The position numbers and the translations under genes were made by a program. The notes below the pieces were generated by a model. It was not told where the DNA came from, searched no databases, and saw nothing but the letters and a program-made list of their open reading frames with translations. DNA of 63,682 bases, from positions 1 through 63,682 of IMG/VR virus record IMGVR_UViG_3300020121_000104; one strand, given 5' to 3'. Positions 8,490 through 18,115 of the stretch are shown in pieces. How positions within the stretch are numbered: position 1 is the first letter of the stretch; each line of letters begins with the position of its first letter. Source of the DNA: a virus (lineage: Duplodnaviria > Caudoviricetes).

Positions 8490-8716
8490 AACGCATCATC
8501 CCCGACGCTCCACAGTACCAGCGCAGCGATCGGAGCCGCGTCCCCTCTGAACTTGAACGGGCGCGGGCGCATCTGCTGGACTGTCAGAACGACTTAATAT
8601 GGTGCCGCAAATACGGATATCTTATCGAATACGAACCAACCTATGAGAAACATTTCCTCGCCGCTTTATCGTGGGTTTGGGAAGAACAAAATCGCGTCGA
8701 TCTTGAATGCGAATGA
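8486..8716 (+). CDS. Hypothetical protein
   Basis: ATGA coupling. Confidence 0.55.
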   Translation: MKRIIPDAPQYQRSDRSRVPSELERARAHLLDCQNDLIWCRKYGYLIEYEPTYEKHFLAALSWVWEEQNRVDLECE

Positions 8717-8729
8717 TGGGACTCGTAAA

Positions 8730-8924
8730 ATGACAGCCAATTACTTCATTGAAGGCGCCACATGGCGTGGCCCCCGCCCCCGCCGAATGGCCATCGTTCC
8801 CGTTCGGATTACGACCGCTCTGCTCACCCACATCCGAGCCCGCGGAATTCCCGTCAGCAAATTTCTGCGCGAGGCAGGAGAGAAGGCGGCGAGCGAGGCC
8901 CAAACAGAGAGGGAGGTCGACTGA
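8730..8924 (+). CDS. RHH-like small protein
   Basis: IVPVRITTALLTHIRARGIPVSKFLREA. Confidence 0.5.
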   Translation: MTANYFIEGATWRGPRPRRMAIVPVRITTALLTHIRARGIPVSKFLREAGEKAASEAQTEREVD

Positions 8925-9229
8925 TGTTAACTTTTATCGGCGGTGTTGTATTTGGTCAACTTACGATGTTTTTCGTGCTTGTGTTCCTGCACGCCGCTCG
9001 CGATAGCGAGGATATAACGTCATGAGGATGGTCACCGTCTATTTGCCCGACAGCCCTGCTGCGCCTCGGTTTATTGTGTGGATGATAGGAGTAATCCTAA
9101 TCTTCTATTGGATCAGGCAGCGCTAAGCTTGCCCGATCCCTCGCTTCCCGTCGGCGACGCCCACAAAACAGGAGGACACGGACATGGCCGCAAGCAAAAA
9201 ACCCAGGACATAGAGGGAAAGGGCGCCCG

Positions 9230-9490
9230 ATGGTAGAAGATTGGATGACGTTAGCAGATTTGGCCGAGCAAGTTTCTAAATTGCTGGAGCAGACTAAACG
9301 TGACGCCGAGGAAATCGCGCGGCTGCGGGAGGCGCTGAAACCGTTTGCGGCTATACAAACTGACCCAGGGACAATTTCCGGCCCAACTAGAGTTTGGGGA
9401 TACATAGAGAACTCTATGAGGTTGCATGAAGCGTGTGAAGCAGCCCGCGCCGCCCTTGCTGCCCGTCCAGCAGAGGGAAAGGGCGAGTGA
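9230..9490 (+). CDS. Hypothetical protein flanked by 14-bp repeat agagggaaagggcg (9212-9225 / 9472-9485)
   Basis: EIARLREALKPFA...AARAALA, common phage motif. Confidence 0.65.
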   Translation: MVEDWMTLADLAEQVSKLLEQTKRDAEEIARLREALKPFAAIQTDPGTISGPTRVWGYIENSMRLHEACEAARAALAARPAEGKGE

Positions 9491-10081
9491 ATGGACCGCG
9501 TAAGCTTTGCCCTCCCGATCGCCGCCGAGCGCCTTGGCGTCACCCGCCGCCAGCTCGTGGAATGGCTCCGCACCCATCCCTTCGATGCCTATGGACAGCC
9601 CTTTTTTGGCTTGCTGGGTCGGTCTAAGCTATTCACGGAGGATGACCTGCGCCGGATCACCCAGGCCATCCGGGAGGGTCGCGAGTGGGAGAAAAAGACG
9701 AACCTCCATAAAAAGAGAGAATATCTCAAAGCGCTAGAACTTGTGCGGACAGTACAGTCGCAGAAGCTGAAGACTAAGGATTCGCCTTTTGTGATTGGCC
9801 CCGGCTTTATTTATTTCATTGAGGCTGGAGACTATATTAAAATTGGATTTTCCACTTCAATCGAAAAACGTCTTCCCAAATTGAGGACCGGAATCGCAAC
9901 CGCACTCGTCATTCTGCATGTTGAGCCTGGCACCATCGCAGATGAAAAAGAGTTGCACCAACGCTTTGCTCAGTACAGGGCTAAACGCGAGTGGTTTTAC
10001 AAGGGGGCATTACTTCTTGAATACATTGAAGAACGCAAATGCAATCAGCGCGCCGCAATGAAGGCGGACATAGGCGTATGA
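9491..10081 (+). CDS. HTH fused to GIY-YIG (T5orf172/MUG113-like) nuclease
   Basis: GFIYFIEAGDYIKIGFS...RL..L...EKELHQRF...REWF. Confidence 0.8.
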   Translation: MDRVSFALPIAAERLGVTRRQLVEWLRTHPFDAYGQPFFGLLGRSKLFTEDDLRRITQAIREGREWEKKTNLHKKREYLKALELVRTVQSQKLKTKDSPFVIGPGFIYFIEAGDYIKIGFSTSIEKRLPKLRTGIATALVILHVEPGTIADEKELHQRFAQYRAKREWFYKGALLLEYIEERKCNQRAAMKADIGV

Positions 10082-10338
10082 CTCGGCTACCCTACCCGCC
10101 CCCTTTCCAAGACCTCGCCACACTGGCGCAGCACATCTGCGCGGGCGAGTCCACAATCGAGAATTGGGTACGAATGGGCATCTTTCCCAAGCCAAAGCTC
10201 CAGGGCGGCAAGCGCATGTGGAAGTGGAAGGACGTGGAAAGACACTTTGACGGCGACTCAGCGAGCGAGCATAGTGAATCGGTCGACCTCGTGGGGAGGA
10301 TCAAGCATGGCACCAGGAAGGCGCTGGAAAGGTCATAA
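10078..10338 (+). CDS. xis: Excisionase / recombination directionality factor
   Basis: TIENWVRMGIFPKP...RMWKWKDVE; overlaps integrase start. Confidence 0.75.
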   Translation: MTRLPYPPPFQDLATLAQHICAGESTIENWVRMGIFPKPKLQGGKRMWKWKDVERHFDGDSASEHSESVDLVGRIKHGTRKALERS

Positions 10339-11242
10339 CATCGCGTCCGACAGCTTCGCATCTGTCATCCGGAAATACATTGCATCGCAAAAGTTTAGCG
10401 AATTGTCGCCAGCTTCCAAGGACGCCTATCGCCGCTATCTGCTCATTGCCGAACACCCCGAAAGCTTAGGCTCGATTCCCGTGGAGGAAATGCGCCCGGC
10501 GCTCGTGCAGGCTTTTCTCGACGCCCTAGCCGATCGCCCCAGCGTCCAGGCCGTTGCCCGCACCGCCATCAAGGCCGTGGAGCGTTGGGCGATCGTGCGG
10601 GATTTGCTGCCTCGCCAGATCACGCTCGGCACCGAGATCGGCGCTAGCGATGGCGGCCATATCCCGTGGACCGATGAACAGGTAGCCTTTGGCGAGCAGT
10701 ATGCACGGCCGCACATCGCCCGCGTCATCACGCTTGCGGCCAACACCGGCCAGCGCGGTTCTGATTTGGTGCGGATGCGTTGGTCAGACTTGGAGGACTT
10801 CGACGGCCATCCTGGGATCAACGTCATCCAGCAGAAGACGGGCCTGAAGCTATGGCTTCCTCTCACGGCCGCGATGCAGGCAGCCATGGCGACTTGGGGG
10901 CGTCGGCCCGGCTTCATCCTCATCAAAGAGGATGGTCACCCCTTCAGCCGCACGCAACTCTCAAACCAATGGCTTCGCGAGCGCGATACAAGCGCCGCCC
11001 TTGCGCCTCTTAAGCAAGCGGGTCTCGTGCTCCACGGACTTCGCGGAACGGCTGTGGTGAGGCTGCGCCGAGCTGGGGCCACCATCCCGCAAATCTGCGA
11101 CATGGTTGGGATGTCGGACAAGATGGCAACCCGATATTGCCGGTATTCGGTGCAGCGGGAGAACGCCCTAGCTGCCGTCTACCGTCTCGATAGAACGGCG
11201 GCGGAACGCGCGAAAGAGAAGAAGCGTTTTTTCGACCCATAA
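10307..11242 (+). CDS. int: Tyrosine integrase
   Basis: TGQRGSDL, QQKTG, HGLRG, ATRY catalytic set. Confidence 0.92.
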   Translation: MAPGRRWKGHNIASDSFASVIRKYIASQKFSELSPASKDAYRRYLLIAEHPESLGSIPVEEMRPALVQAFLDALADRPSVQAVARTAIKAVERWAIVRDLLPRQITLGTEIGASDGGHIPWTDEQVAFGEQYARPHIARVITLAANTGQRGSDLVRMRWSDLEDFDGHPGINVIQQKTGLKLWLPLTAAMQAAMATWGRRPGFILIKEDGHPFSRTQLSNQWLRERDTSAALAPLKQAGLVLHGLRGTAVVRLRRAGATIPQICDMVGMSDKMATRYCRYSVQRENALAAVYRLDRTAAERAKEKKRFFDP

Positions 11243-11350
11243 AGCATTGAATTTATTGAAACTGATTTATTGTCCGATTGTGACGTTTGCAAGTAGTTTC
11301 AATAGGTTGTGACCTTGACGTGAGCCCGGATCGGCCCAAATCAAGCTTAA
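11240..11350. promoter_or_regulatory. Putative attP
   Basis: AT-rich non-coding tract after int; inverted repeat tattgaaact (11254-11263) / agtttcaata (11295-11304) with IHF-like TCAA-N4-TTR sites. Confidence 0.55.
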
Positions 11351-11500
11351 TACCCCACAAAAAAGGAGGCCGCATGAGCAAGCCCATCCGGCCCCAAGTC
11401 CAGGGAGGAAACGACCATTGCTGGCCACCATCCGGTCATGAGAGTAACCGGAGGGTTGAGGACGACGGCATGGGGCCGCCGGATTCTATAGGGAGGATGA

Positions 11501-11740
11501 ATGATGGACACCGAACACCTGCTGGCCCTCATCGCGCGGGCTTACCCGCAGATGGAAATCCCGCGAGATGCGGACACCAATGACCTGCTGGGTATCATTG
11601 CGCACGCTCACGCGAAGATGATGGCGGCGGGGCAATGGGACTGGGTTGTCAGGGCCGACGCGGCTCTTGCGCTGACTCCGCGATCGAGAACGGCGCATCC
11701 TGAGTCTCCTCCATCGGCCACCAGCTCTGGATCGGGTTAG
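11501..11740 (+). CDS. Hypothetical protein
   Basis: RBS gggagg. Confidence 0.45.
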   Translation: MMDTEHLLALIARAYPQMEIPRDADTNDLLGIIAHAHAKMMAAGQWDWVVRADAALALTPRSRTAHPESPPSATSSGSG

Positions 11741-12110
11741 ACCACCGCTTGAAGTCCTTTCGGAACACCAACTTCGTTCCGGGAGGAGCGTCCGGGGCAA
11801 TCCACGGGGTGTGGAACCTATTGACCGACCCCACCGGCCCATGCCGGACAGTGCGCGCCACCGGGAAGACCCAAACGTCAGTGCCGTTCAGGTCAATGAA
11901 TTTCCGACTGAGCATCCCCTCGCAGTCGCGCAATGTCTTGTCGGTCCACACGGCCGAGAACTTCTGTCCAGGCCTAACGACATCGGGCTCCATGTGGAAA
12001 TCTGTCGTCTCGATGCACGGATCGCGCGGCACGACGAGCATGTAGATCGGGATCGCGAAGATCAGTAGCCCAACCAAAAATCCGATAAGATATGGCCTGT
12101 TACGCAACAT
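11649..12110 (-). CDS. Membrane-anchored protein
   Basis: N-terminal TM, two Cys; end of the late arm. Confidence 0.65.
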   Translation of the reverse strand: MLRNRPYLIGFLVGLLIFAIPIYMLVVPRDPCIETTDFHMEPDVVRPGQKFSAVWTDKTLRDCEGMLSRKFIDLNGTDVWVFPVARTVRHGPVGSVNRFHTPWIAPDAPPGTKLVFRKDFKRWSNPIQSWWPMEETQDAPFSIAESAQEPRRP

Positions 12111-12391
12111 CACTGCCCCCGAATCCATTCGAGGAATTTTGACCAAATTTGCCACATCGCCGTGAGGGCGGGGGCCGCCAACAAAAACATCCCTAGCGAC
12201 TTGAGCAGCCATTTTACCCGGCGCTGTCCCTCCATCATATCCCGAAGCTTCGGCAGCATTTCCCTGATTTCGGATACCTCATGTGGTCTCAACTCGTCAG
12301 AAAGAGCCTTTTGATTGAACTCGTCGATCAGAGCCCTTAGTTGCTCTTGTGGAGATTTGCTTCCGAGCTGCCCGTCTTCATGTTTTGTCAC
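12110..12391 (-). CDS. Coiled-coil protein with C-terminal TM
   Basis: Lysis-region topology. Confidence 0.6.
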   Translation of the reverse strand: MTKHEDGQLGSKSPQEQLRALIDEFNQKALSDELRPHEVSEIREMLPKLRDMMEGQRRVKWLLKSLGMFLLAAPALTAMWQIWSKFLEWIRGQ

Positions 12392-12436
12392 GGCCTTTTT
12401 CTGCTGTCTAGGTCGCTCTTGTTTTTCTCTCGGCGT

Positions 12437-13021
12437 TTAGTGCTTCACCAGTCCCATAATTACGACGGCGGCCAGCGCGACAAGGGCAACGGCTATACTG
12501 ATGGCAGACATGGTGTTGCGACTATCTTCGCGACTATCCCGCCTGACCTCAACGGTCGTCCCACCGCGGGCCTCAAGCGCGATCAAGCGCTCCTTTAGAT
12601 CACTGATATTTCCTTCAATGTTCCTCGTCTTGGTGTTGATGATCTCCGTCATCGCATCAATCTGCTTGGTGAATCCGGTCTCTATCTTTGCGGTTGCCTC
12701 TTTGGCGGCGGCAAACGCCGCATCAACGGCAAGCTTGGTATCTCCCGCCCGCTGATCGGTGCGTGTGTCCCGTTCACTGAACTGGGCGGCCACGCCGATG
12801 AATTTTTCATTGGCGACGGCATCTGATGTCGCGATCTTTTGATCGACCAGCTCCTGGCTGGCGTTGATCCTCGATTCCATGAGTTCCTTGAGGGACGCAA
12901 CTTCTCTCAAGAGGTTTTGTGTCGTCAGTAAAGTCGGATCAGGCACGGGGACTAGGCCGCCACCGGGCTGATAGCCGCGTGGTGGACTTTCCAGCCGCTC
13001 TGAACCGATACCCTCAGTCAT
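12437..13021 (-). CDS. Coiled-coil protein with C-terminal TM
   Basis: PDPTLLTT...KLAVDAAFAAAKEA...ISDLKERL + TM. Confidence 0.7.
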   Translation of the reverse strand: MTEGIGSERLESPPRGYQPGGGLVPVPDPTLLTTQNLLREVASLKELMESRINASQELVDQKIATSDAVANEKFIGVAAQFSERDTRTDQRAGDTKLAVDAAFAAAKEATAKIETGFTKQIDAMTEIINTKTRNIEGNISDLKERLIALEARGGTTVEVRRDSREDSRNTMSAISIAVALVALAAVVIMGLVKH

Positions 13022-13180
13022 AGATTATTTTTCCGCAAATTCATTTCCCGATTGAACGCCATCACGGCATTCATCGCAGCCGCCCATGCGATCGTGTATT
13101 GCAAGGGCACGCTCATATCCTTTCCGGCCGCCTCCTGGAAAGCGGCAAGCGCTGCCTGCCAGGCTCTGAGATTGGGTATG

Positions 13181-13345
13181 TCATCCAGGGGGCAGGTTCC
13201 CAAAGAATGTAAACACCAGCCAGAATGCGAGCATGATTGCAAACACGGCCCCGAACACGATCAGGAACCGGCGCGGCGCACCCCGCGCATCCTGCGGCCA
13301 GCGGTGGCGCTTGGTCAGCAGCCGCTGGTATTCGCTGCGCCTCAC
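13181..13345 (-). CDS. Small membrane protein
   Basis: GTGA coupling; FLIVFGAVFAIMLAFWLVF. Confidence 0.45.
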   Translation of the reverse strand: MRRSEYQRLLTKRHRWPQDARGAPRRFLIVFGAVFAIMLAFWLVFTFFGNLPPG

Positions 13346-13497
13346 AGTCGGCCCATCACCAAGAGGATGATGACCACCACGAGAACCACGCCCAGGACTC
13401 CGTTGAGGCCATGACCGTAGCCGTAGCCTCCGGTGTAGAGCCCTCCACCGAAGCCGCCGAGCAACAGAATGATGACGATGATGAGAAGGAGGGACAT
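13342..13497 (-). CDS. DUF3309-like small membrane protein (not in ORF track)
   Basis: MSLLLIIVIILLLGGFGGG..GYGYG..GVLGVVLVVVIILLVMGRL. Confidence 0.75.
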   Translation of the reverse strand: MSLLLIIVIILLLGGFGGGLYTGGYGYGHGLNGVLGVVLVVVIILLVMGRL

Positions 13498-13499
13498 GG

Positions 13500-13664
13500 C
13501 TAATGAACCACAAAGCCGAAGTCATGCCATCCGAGCAGGAACAGCAGCACAAACAGGAGGATATTCGGAGCCCAACCAAAGGCAGCGCCGCCGCCCCAAT
13601 GCGTCCAGCCCCAGAACACAAACCATAGGATCATCAACATCCAAAAGACCATTCCCATAGGCAT
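13500..13664 (-). CDS. 54-aa two-TM membrane protein (not in ORF track)
   Basis: RBS aaggag; MPMGMVFWMLMILWFVFWG...NILLFVLLFLLGWHDFG. Confidence 0.7.
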   Translation of the reverse strand: MPMGMVFWMLMILWFVFWGWTHWGGGAAFGWAPNILLFVLLFLLGWHDFGFVVH

Positions 13665-13841
13665 TGTCGTTCTCCTTTAGAGTTAAGGCAGCCCCGGAGT
13701 GGCGTGGCACGTCAAACCGGGGCCGCTCACGCCCTGACGGTGTGCGGGCATGGGGGTGCTGGGGGTTGCACTTCGCGTCATGGCGTTTCGGAAAGGGGCG
13801 TCAGTCGAATCCAGGCGAGAAACCGGGAGATGACGCCCCGG

Positions 13842-14192
13842 CTAAGGGGTCGGCAATGCCGCATCCAGCGTCGAGACGTGCTGATCTACTGTCGACGATA
13901 GACCACCAACACGGGTATGGATGCCTTGCAGCGCAGTAACCGCGGCCGGAACGTCCGGATTGCCCTTTTGTAGGAGCGCAATGACCTTGGCAATCTCGGT
14001 GGTTTCGGTATCCAGTTTCGTGCCAAGGGTATCGAGATCGGCGGAAACCGATGTGACGATATCTGATAGATCGGACATTTGTTTCTCCAGTTGATTGACG
14101 TTTGTTGCGATCGATGTGACGTTCTTGTCGATGCGGGAGATCGCGGCCAGCACCCAGTTCCATGTGGCTGAATCAACAAGAATCCAACTCAC
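13842..14192 (-). CDS. Coiled-coil hypothetical protein
   Basis: GTG start after ggagg; heptad pattern. Confidence 0.6.
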   Translation of the reverse strand: MSWILVDSATWNWVLAAISRIDKNVTSIATNVNQLEKQMSDLSDIVTSVSADLDTLGTKLDTETTEIAKVIALLQKGNPDVPAAVTALQGIHTRVGGLSSTVDQHVSTLDAALPTP

Positions 14193-14346
14193 TTGCTTGG
14201 TTCCTCCAATGAGGCTCGGCGTCGCTTCTGTTCCGCCTCCCACATCTTCTCGCGCTCCAGTTCTCCGGATTTGCGTATCGCCGTGAAATATGCCTTGGCG
14301 TTTGCGGCCCAGGATTTGGCCTTTTCGGAGAGCATCAGCGGTGTTT

Positions 14347-14655
14347 TCATTTGATGTGGAGTTGTTCGAGCACTTTCTTATGCAAAAACTCGTTCATCTT
14401 CGCCGACCCGTCAAACGGTCCCGGATAGTGCAGTTCTTTGGCAAGGTGCTCTCGTGCCTTGAGGTCGTGCGCCTCGGGTCTACCGAGTACCTCAAGCAGA
14501 TCGACGATCGAATGGCGCCAGTCGAGCTTGGGTTTGTGGGCCGCAGCCCTTTGATCGAGCAACGCCTTTTCTTTCTTGTCGAGCACCGCCGCTGCATCCT
14601 CATGATGCTGCGCCGGAGTGCCGTAGATTGCGCCGATGATCTCCTGCATGGTCAT
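14347..14655 (-). CDS. DUF3597-domain protein
   Basis: LDWRHSIVDLL...AREHLAKELHYPG...SAKMNEFLHKKV. Confidence 0.8.
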   Translation of the reverse strand: MTMQEIIGAIYGTPAQHHEDAAAVLDKKEKALLDQRAAAHKPKLDWRHSIVDLLEVLGRPEAHDLKAREHLAKELHYPGPFDGSAKMNEFLHKKVLEQLHIK

Positions 14656-14871
14656 TTTGGTGTTCTCCTGTTGTGTGATTTGCCTCTTACACTTTACCTC
14701 TGACTACCCTTGTCTCGTGCCCAGTCCTCATGGACGAACAATTTCTGCCGAACTTCTTTGCTAGCCTGTTCGACAAGTTTTCCAATATCATCCCGCTCCA
14801 AGCCCATCCCGCACCACGGACAAACTGTTTTGATGTCCTTCAGATTTTTAGTGGTTTTCTTTTTTGACTTT

Positions 14872-16092
14872 TCATCTGACCCTCGCAGCTTGGAAGTGCA
14901 TGGCGTCTACACTCCCCACTGACCATCGACCGCCCCAAATCCACCCCTCGGTTTCAAACGCCTGGGTAATCAAACTATCAGGCTTGAACTTGGTGTTGGT
15001 AGCATGTTGTGGGTTGGCGGCGGCGTTAAAGTCGATTGCGGCAGCGTACGAATGAACAGAGGGTTTATTCGTACCAGCGATGAATCGCCAATTGAAGCTA
15101 CCATCAAAAATGTCATACCCGAATTTGTGGATTTGCTCTTGGCTCTTGCCACATTGTTCCCAAATGAAATTCACGACCCTGTTTAGGCTCTCCGCACATT
15201 TCTTGTGAATTTCGATCGTTTGTGTCTTGCCATTCATCAGCCACGGAACATGCACCGAAACCAACTGCGCTCGGATCGCCGCTTCGCTGCTGCCATAGAA
15301 ACTCGGGCATTCCGCCTGCGTCGGCCAGACGTTGTGCTGGAGAACTGTGCCGCCTACCGACGGCTGCGTTGGTCCGACGGGGGGTAAGGGAACCGGAGAC
15401 GTGTTGAGGTAGTCCACCCAGTCCCAATCAATGAAGTCTTTGGCGTTTTCTGGGTCCGGGTGACCGAGTGCGCGCCATGCTCCCGGCGTGAGGTCGATTG
15501 CCGCATGATTGGTGCGGTTGTCCGCCTCGGCGCGCGGACGTGTTGCGGCTTCCCAATAGGGGTCTTCTGGACCTTTGGCGCTCGGATACCAGGGGCCGAC
15601 ATCGATCGGGGGGCCGTCAACTGTCTTTCCATTCCAGAAGCCACGGATTGTTCTGTGCTGGTCCGTTGCGGATAGATGCTTGGGGAGGGCGAATCCAGGC
15701 TTGCTGCTGTCAATGATCTTGCCGGTATAGGCCGATGTCTTGGAAGATATGCTATCGTTTGTGCCGGCGAAGGAGGTTGCGACGATATGGGTATTTCGTG
15801 GGGTCCGGGCGGGAGCGGGAGGAACGGGCGGGGTGACCGGAGGAGTGATGGGGGGAACGATGGGGGGCTTGATGGGACCGACAGGACCGGGATCAGGAAC
15901 AGGAACGGGACCAGGAGCAGGAGGCACGACAACAGGAGCGGGAGGGATCGGAAAGCTCGGGCCACGCTGATTCCCGACAAGGGCATTGATCAGCCCCCAC
16001 ACATGAACATCGGTGATGATTCCTTTGATCGCATCCAGAATGAGGATGATAACGAGAACGACTATCAGGATTTGCGTGGGGTCAAGGGTCAT
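14872..16092 (-). CDS. Endolysin: TM anchor, Pro linker, RlpA/DPBB-like domain, M15 peptidase
   Basis: DVGPW...IDLTP; R..SVHSYAAAIDFN...WIWGGRW...DAMHFQ. Confidence 0.85.
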   Translation of the reverse strand: MTLDPTQILIVVLVIILILDAIKGIITDVHVWGLINALVGNQRGPSFPIPPAPVVVPPAPGPVPVPDPGPVGPIKPPIVPPITPPVTPPVPPAPARTPRNTHIVATSFAGTNDSISSKTSAYTGKIIDSSKPGFALPKHLSATDQHRTIRGFWNGKTVDGPPIDVGPWYPSAKGPEDPYWEAATRPRAEADNRTNHAAIDLTPGAWRALGHPDPENAKDFIDWDWVDYLNTSPVPLPPVGPTQPSVGGTVLQHNVWPTQAECPSFYGSSEAAIRAQLVSVHVPWLMNGKTQTIEIHKKCAESLNRVVNFIWEQCGKSQEQIHKFGYDIFDGSFNWRFIAGTNKPSVHSYAAAIDFNAAANPQHATNTKFKPDSLITQAFETEGWIWGGRWSVGSVDAMHFQAARVR

Positions 16093-16379
16093 GACGTGTA
16101 TGTCCCTGCCCCGGGCGGCGGTGTCGGCAATCCTGTCGGTAGCGGCAGGTTCTTCAGGAACGCCTGAAAGTCCGTCACCGGATTGCCCGTCAGGTGCAGC
16201 ATCGCTGCCGCGCCGAGCAACCCCGTGGCTTGTTGACTCGCCGTGGTCGGCGGCACGCCGGCATTGAGCTTCGCGGCGAGGTTCGCTTCAATCTGTTTGA
16301 TCACCTTCTGGAATGCCGGGTCATTGAGCAATTGGAGCACCAGCGGGAGGATAGTCGATAGAATGCTTGCAAAATTCAC
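16089..16379 (-). CDS. Lysis-module hypothetical protein
   Basis: Coupled to endolysin. Confidence 0.6.
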   Translation of the reverse strand: MNFASILSTILPLVLQLLNDPAFQKVIKQIEANLAAKLNAGVPPTTASQQATGLLGAAAMLHLTGNPVTDFQAFLKNLPLPTGLPTPPPGAGTYTS

Positions 16380-16777
16380 GAGCGGTACCCTTTTGTTGTG
16401 GGGGTGAAAACGGGCTGCGTCGCTGGCTGGACGCCAGGAACCCTGTCGTCATGGGCCAGAGCCGCGATTGCCGGCTCGGCTGTGGGTAGCGTCAAGATTG
16501 GCTCGATTTGTCGGGCTGGGCCATTGGCGAGTTCAGAGGCTGCCTTGAGTTTGCCGGCGTCGGAGTGGATGACCCGATCGATTAGCGCTGTGATGACCGC
16601 CATTCCAATCCCAGCGTAGACTTGAACGGCCTCCGGGCCTGCGAATGCGGCCCATAGCTGGGGGCTAACTGCGATGCCGTATCCTGCCAGCGCGCCCCCA
16701 ACCCACTTTATTCCCGTCCTGATATAGCTCGTCATCTGATCCCTTGTTGGAACCAGCAAAGAGAGAAAACTTAGCAT
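16376..16777 (-). CDS. Putative holin
   Basis: Two hydrophobic segments, upstream of endolysin. Confidence 0.5.
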   Translation of the reverse strand: MLSFLSLLVPTRDQMTSYIRTGIKWVGGALAGYGIAVSPQLWAAFAGPEAVQVYAGIGMAVITALIDRVIHSDAGKLKAASELANGPARQIEPILTLPTAEPAIAALAHDDRVPGVQPATQPVFTPTTKGYRS

Positions 16778-16956
16778 TTCGGTTTGTCTCCTTTGGCATT
16801 GTCTGCGTTATTGAGTTCATTGTGACCACGCATCGTCAACTTATCGTTTTCGTCGATATAATACTCCGATTTCAGCCAAAATCGTTCGGCTCGTGTGAGA
16901 TGTCCACCGTCTCGTACAGCGCGAAGGGCTAAAATCATGTTGGCGGCGAGGGTCAT
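16771..16956 (-). CDS. Hypothetical protein
   Basis: Fills operon gap. Confidence 0.5.
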   Translation of the reverse strand: MTLAANMILALRAVRDGGHLTRAERFWLKSEYYIDENDKLTMRGHNELNNADNAKGDKPKC

Positions 16957-16958
16957 GA

Positions 16959-17438
16959 TCAGGCCCCTGACGGCAGGAAATAGCAACGTGGATCGCCAGC
17001 GCCATTATTCAGGAATAAAACACCATGACCCGTTGGATTCGGCGGCATGTGCACAATCAAGCTTTCGGGCACAAAATAGTTAAGCTGCTCCGGCACTTTG
17101 CGCCGACACGTTGTACCCCTAGTGTCGCTGTCCTCATCGTACCATTCCCAGCACGGCGGATCATTGTTGTTGTCTGTAATGTGGGCGATAACTCCCCCTT
17201 CGGTGTGGCCGCCTTCCCCAGGTCGCACACGATCATATTCGTCAGCCAGGAAGCCATCGGCCATTGCACAGCATGAATGCACCGGGGCCGACTGAAACCA
17301 CTCCTGAACCTTCGGGTTCTCAGACCATCCGCCGGCATGCGCTCGCATCCCAAGCGTCAGCAGAAGCACGGCAATCGCCACCGCAAGGATGACAAGCAGG
17401 CCGGCGAGCGTTCCCGGATCGGGATATGTTTTTCTCAT
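16959..17438 (-). CDS. Exported Cys-rich protein
   Basis: Signal ending AHA; WFQS..SCCAMAD...NPTGHGVLF...RCYFLP. Confidence 0.7.
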   Translation of the reverse strand: MRKTYPDPGTLAGLLVILAVAIAVLLLTLGMRAHAGGWSENPKVQEWFQSAPVHSCCAMADGFLADEYDRVRPGEGGHTEGGVIAHITDNNNDPPCWEWYDEDSDTRGTTCRRKVPEQLNYFVPESLIVHMPPNPTGHGVLFLNNGAGDPRCYFLPSGA

Positions 17439-17443
17439 TGTTG

Positions 17444-17683
17444 TTATCCGCCTATGGTTCGTGTGAGACACCCGTGTTCATCGATCGACCAGGGAGAGAT
17501 TCTGCTACTCCCGTTGGTTTGAGAGTGTAGTTGCGCCAACACCTTCTGATAGGCGATGCGCTGCGCCTCTAGGTAAGGATGATGAACGGGGTCGAACGCC
17601 TGTCTTTCCCCTCGCTTCACCCGATAGGCGATGCGCTGGGCAGGCGTGACGATGCGTGCGTTGGGGATGCCGGGAGGAGGCAT
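17444..17683 (-). CDS. Hypothetical protein
   Basis: RBS aggagg. Confidence 0.5.
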   Translation of the reverse strand: MPPPGIPNARIVTPAQRIAYRVKRGERQAFDPVHHPYLEAQRIAYQKVLAQLHSQTNGSSRISPWSIDEHGCLTRTIGG

Positions 17684-17705
17684 GGGGCCTCCTGTGAGGT
17701 TGAGA

Positions 17706-17867
17706 CTAGCGTTTGCCCTTGAGGGCTTGATCGACCAGGCGGCGGATGGCTTGGCGCAATTGGTGGGTTAGCTGAAGGGGCCAACGCCTCCACCATACAA
17801 GCGGCTCATGATAAATCATGCAGCCTTCACACCGGAATCGCCAGCCAGGATAGGGAATGAGCGTCAT
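17706..17867 (-). CDS. Insert ORF sharing C-terminus AIRRLVDQALK with the upstream RHH gene
   Basis: 34-bp repeat 17717-17750 / 17875-17908. Confidence 0.5.
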   Translation of the reverse strand: MTLIPYPGWRFRCEGCMIYHEPLVWWRRWPLQLTHQLRQAIRRLVDQALKGKR

Positions 17868-18040
17868 TTCCGCACCTTGAGGGCTTGATCGACCAGGCGG
17901 CGAATGGCCTCTGTCCGCGAAGGAATGTCTGCCTGTTTGCGGCGCCAATCGTCCACAGCCTGCAGAAATTCCTTCGAAAATCTCATCTGCGCCCGTTCGG
18001 TGTTCACGACCGGGCGAGGCGGCCGAACTTTTTTTGCCAT
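17864..18040 (-). CDS. Arc/CopG-like RHH repressor
   Basis: QMRFSKEFLQAVDDWRRKQADIPSRTEAIRRLV. Confidence 0.85.
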   Translation of the reverse strand: MAKKVRPPRPVVNTERAQMRFSKEFLQAVDDWRRKQADIPSRTEAIRRLVDQALKVRK

Positions 18041-18046
18041 TGGGGC

Positions 18047-18075
18047 TTGACTGCCATGCGTGTACATGGCATAGT
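18047..18075 (+). promoter_or_regulatory. Promoter TTGACT-17-CATAGT with operator palindrome tgccatg-N6-catggca
   Basis: Divergent from the RHH gene; palindrome 18052-18071. Confidence 0.7.
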
Positions 18076-18115
18076 CATATCACTGGACGGCAAATAAAGC
18101 AAGAGGGACACGGAC

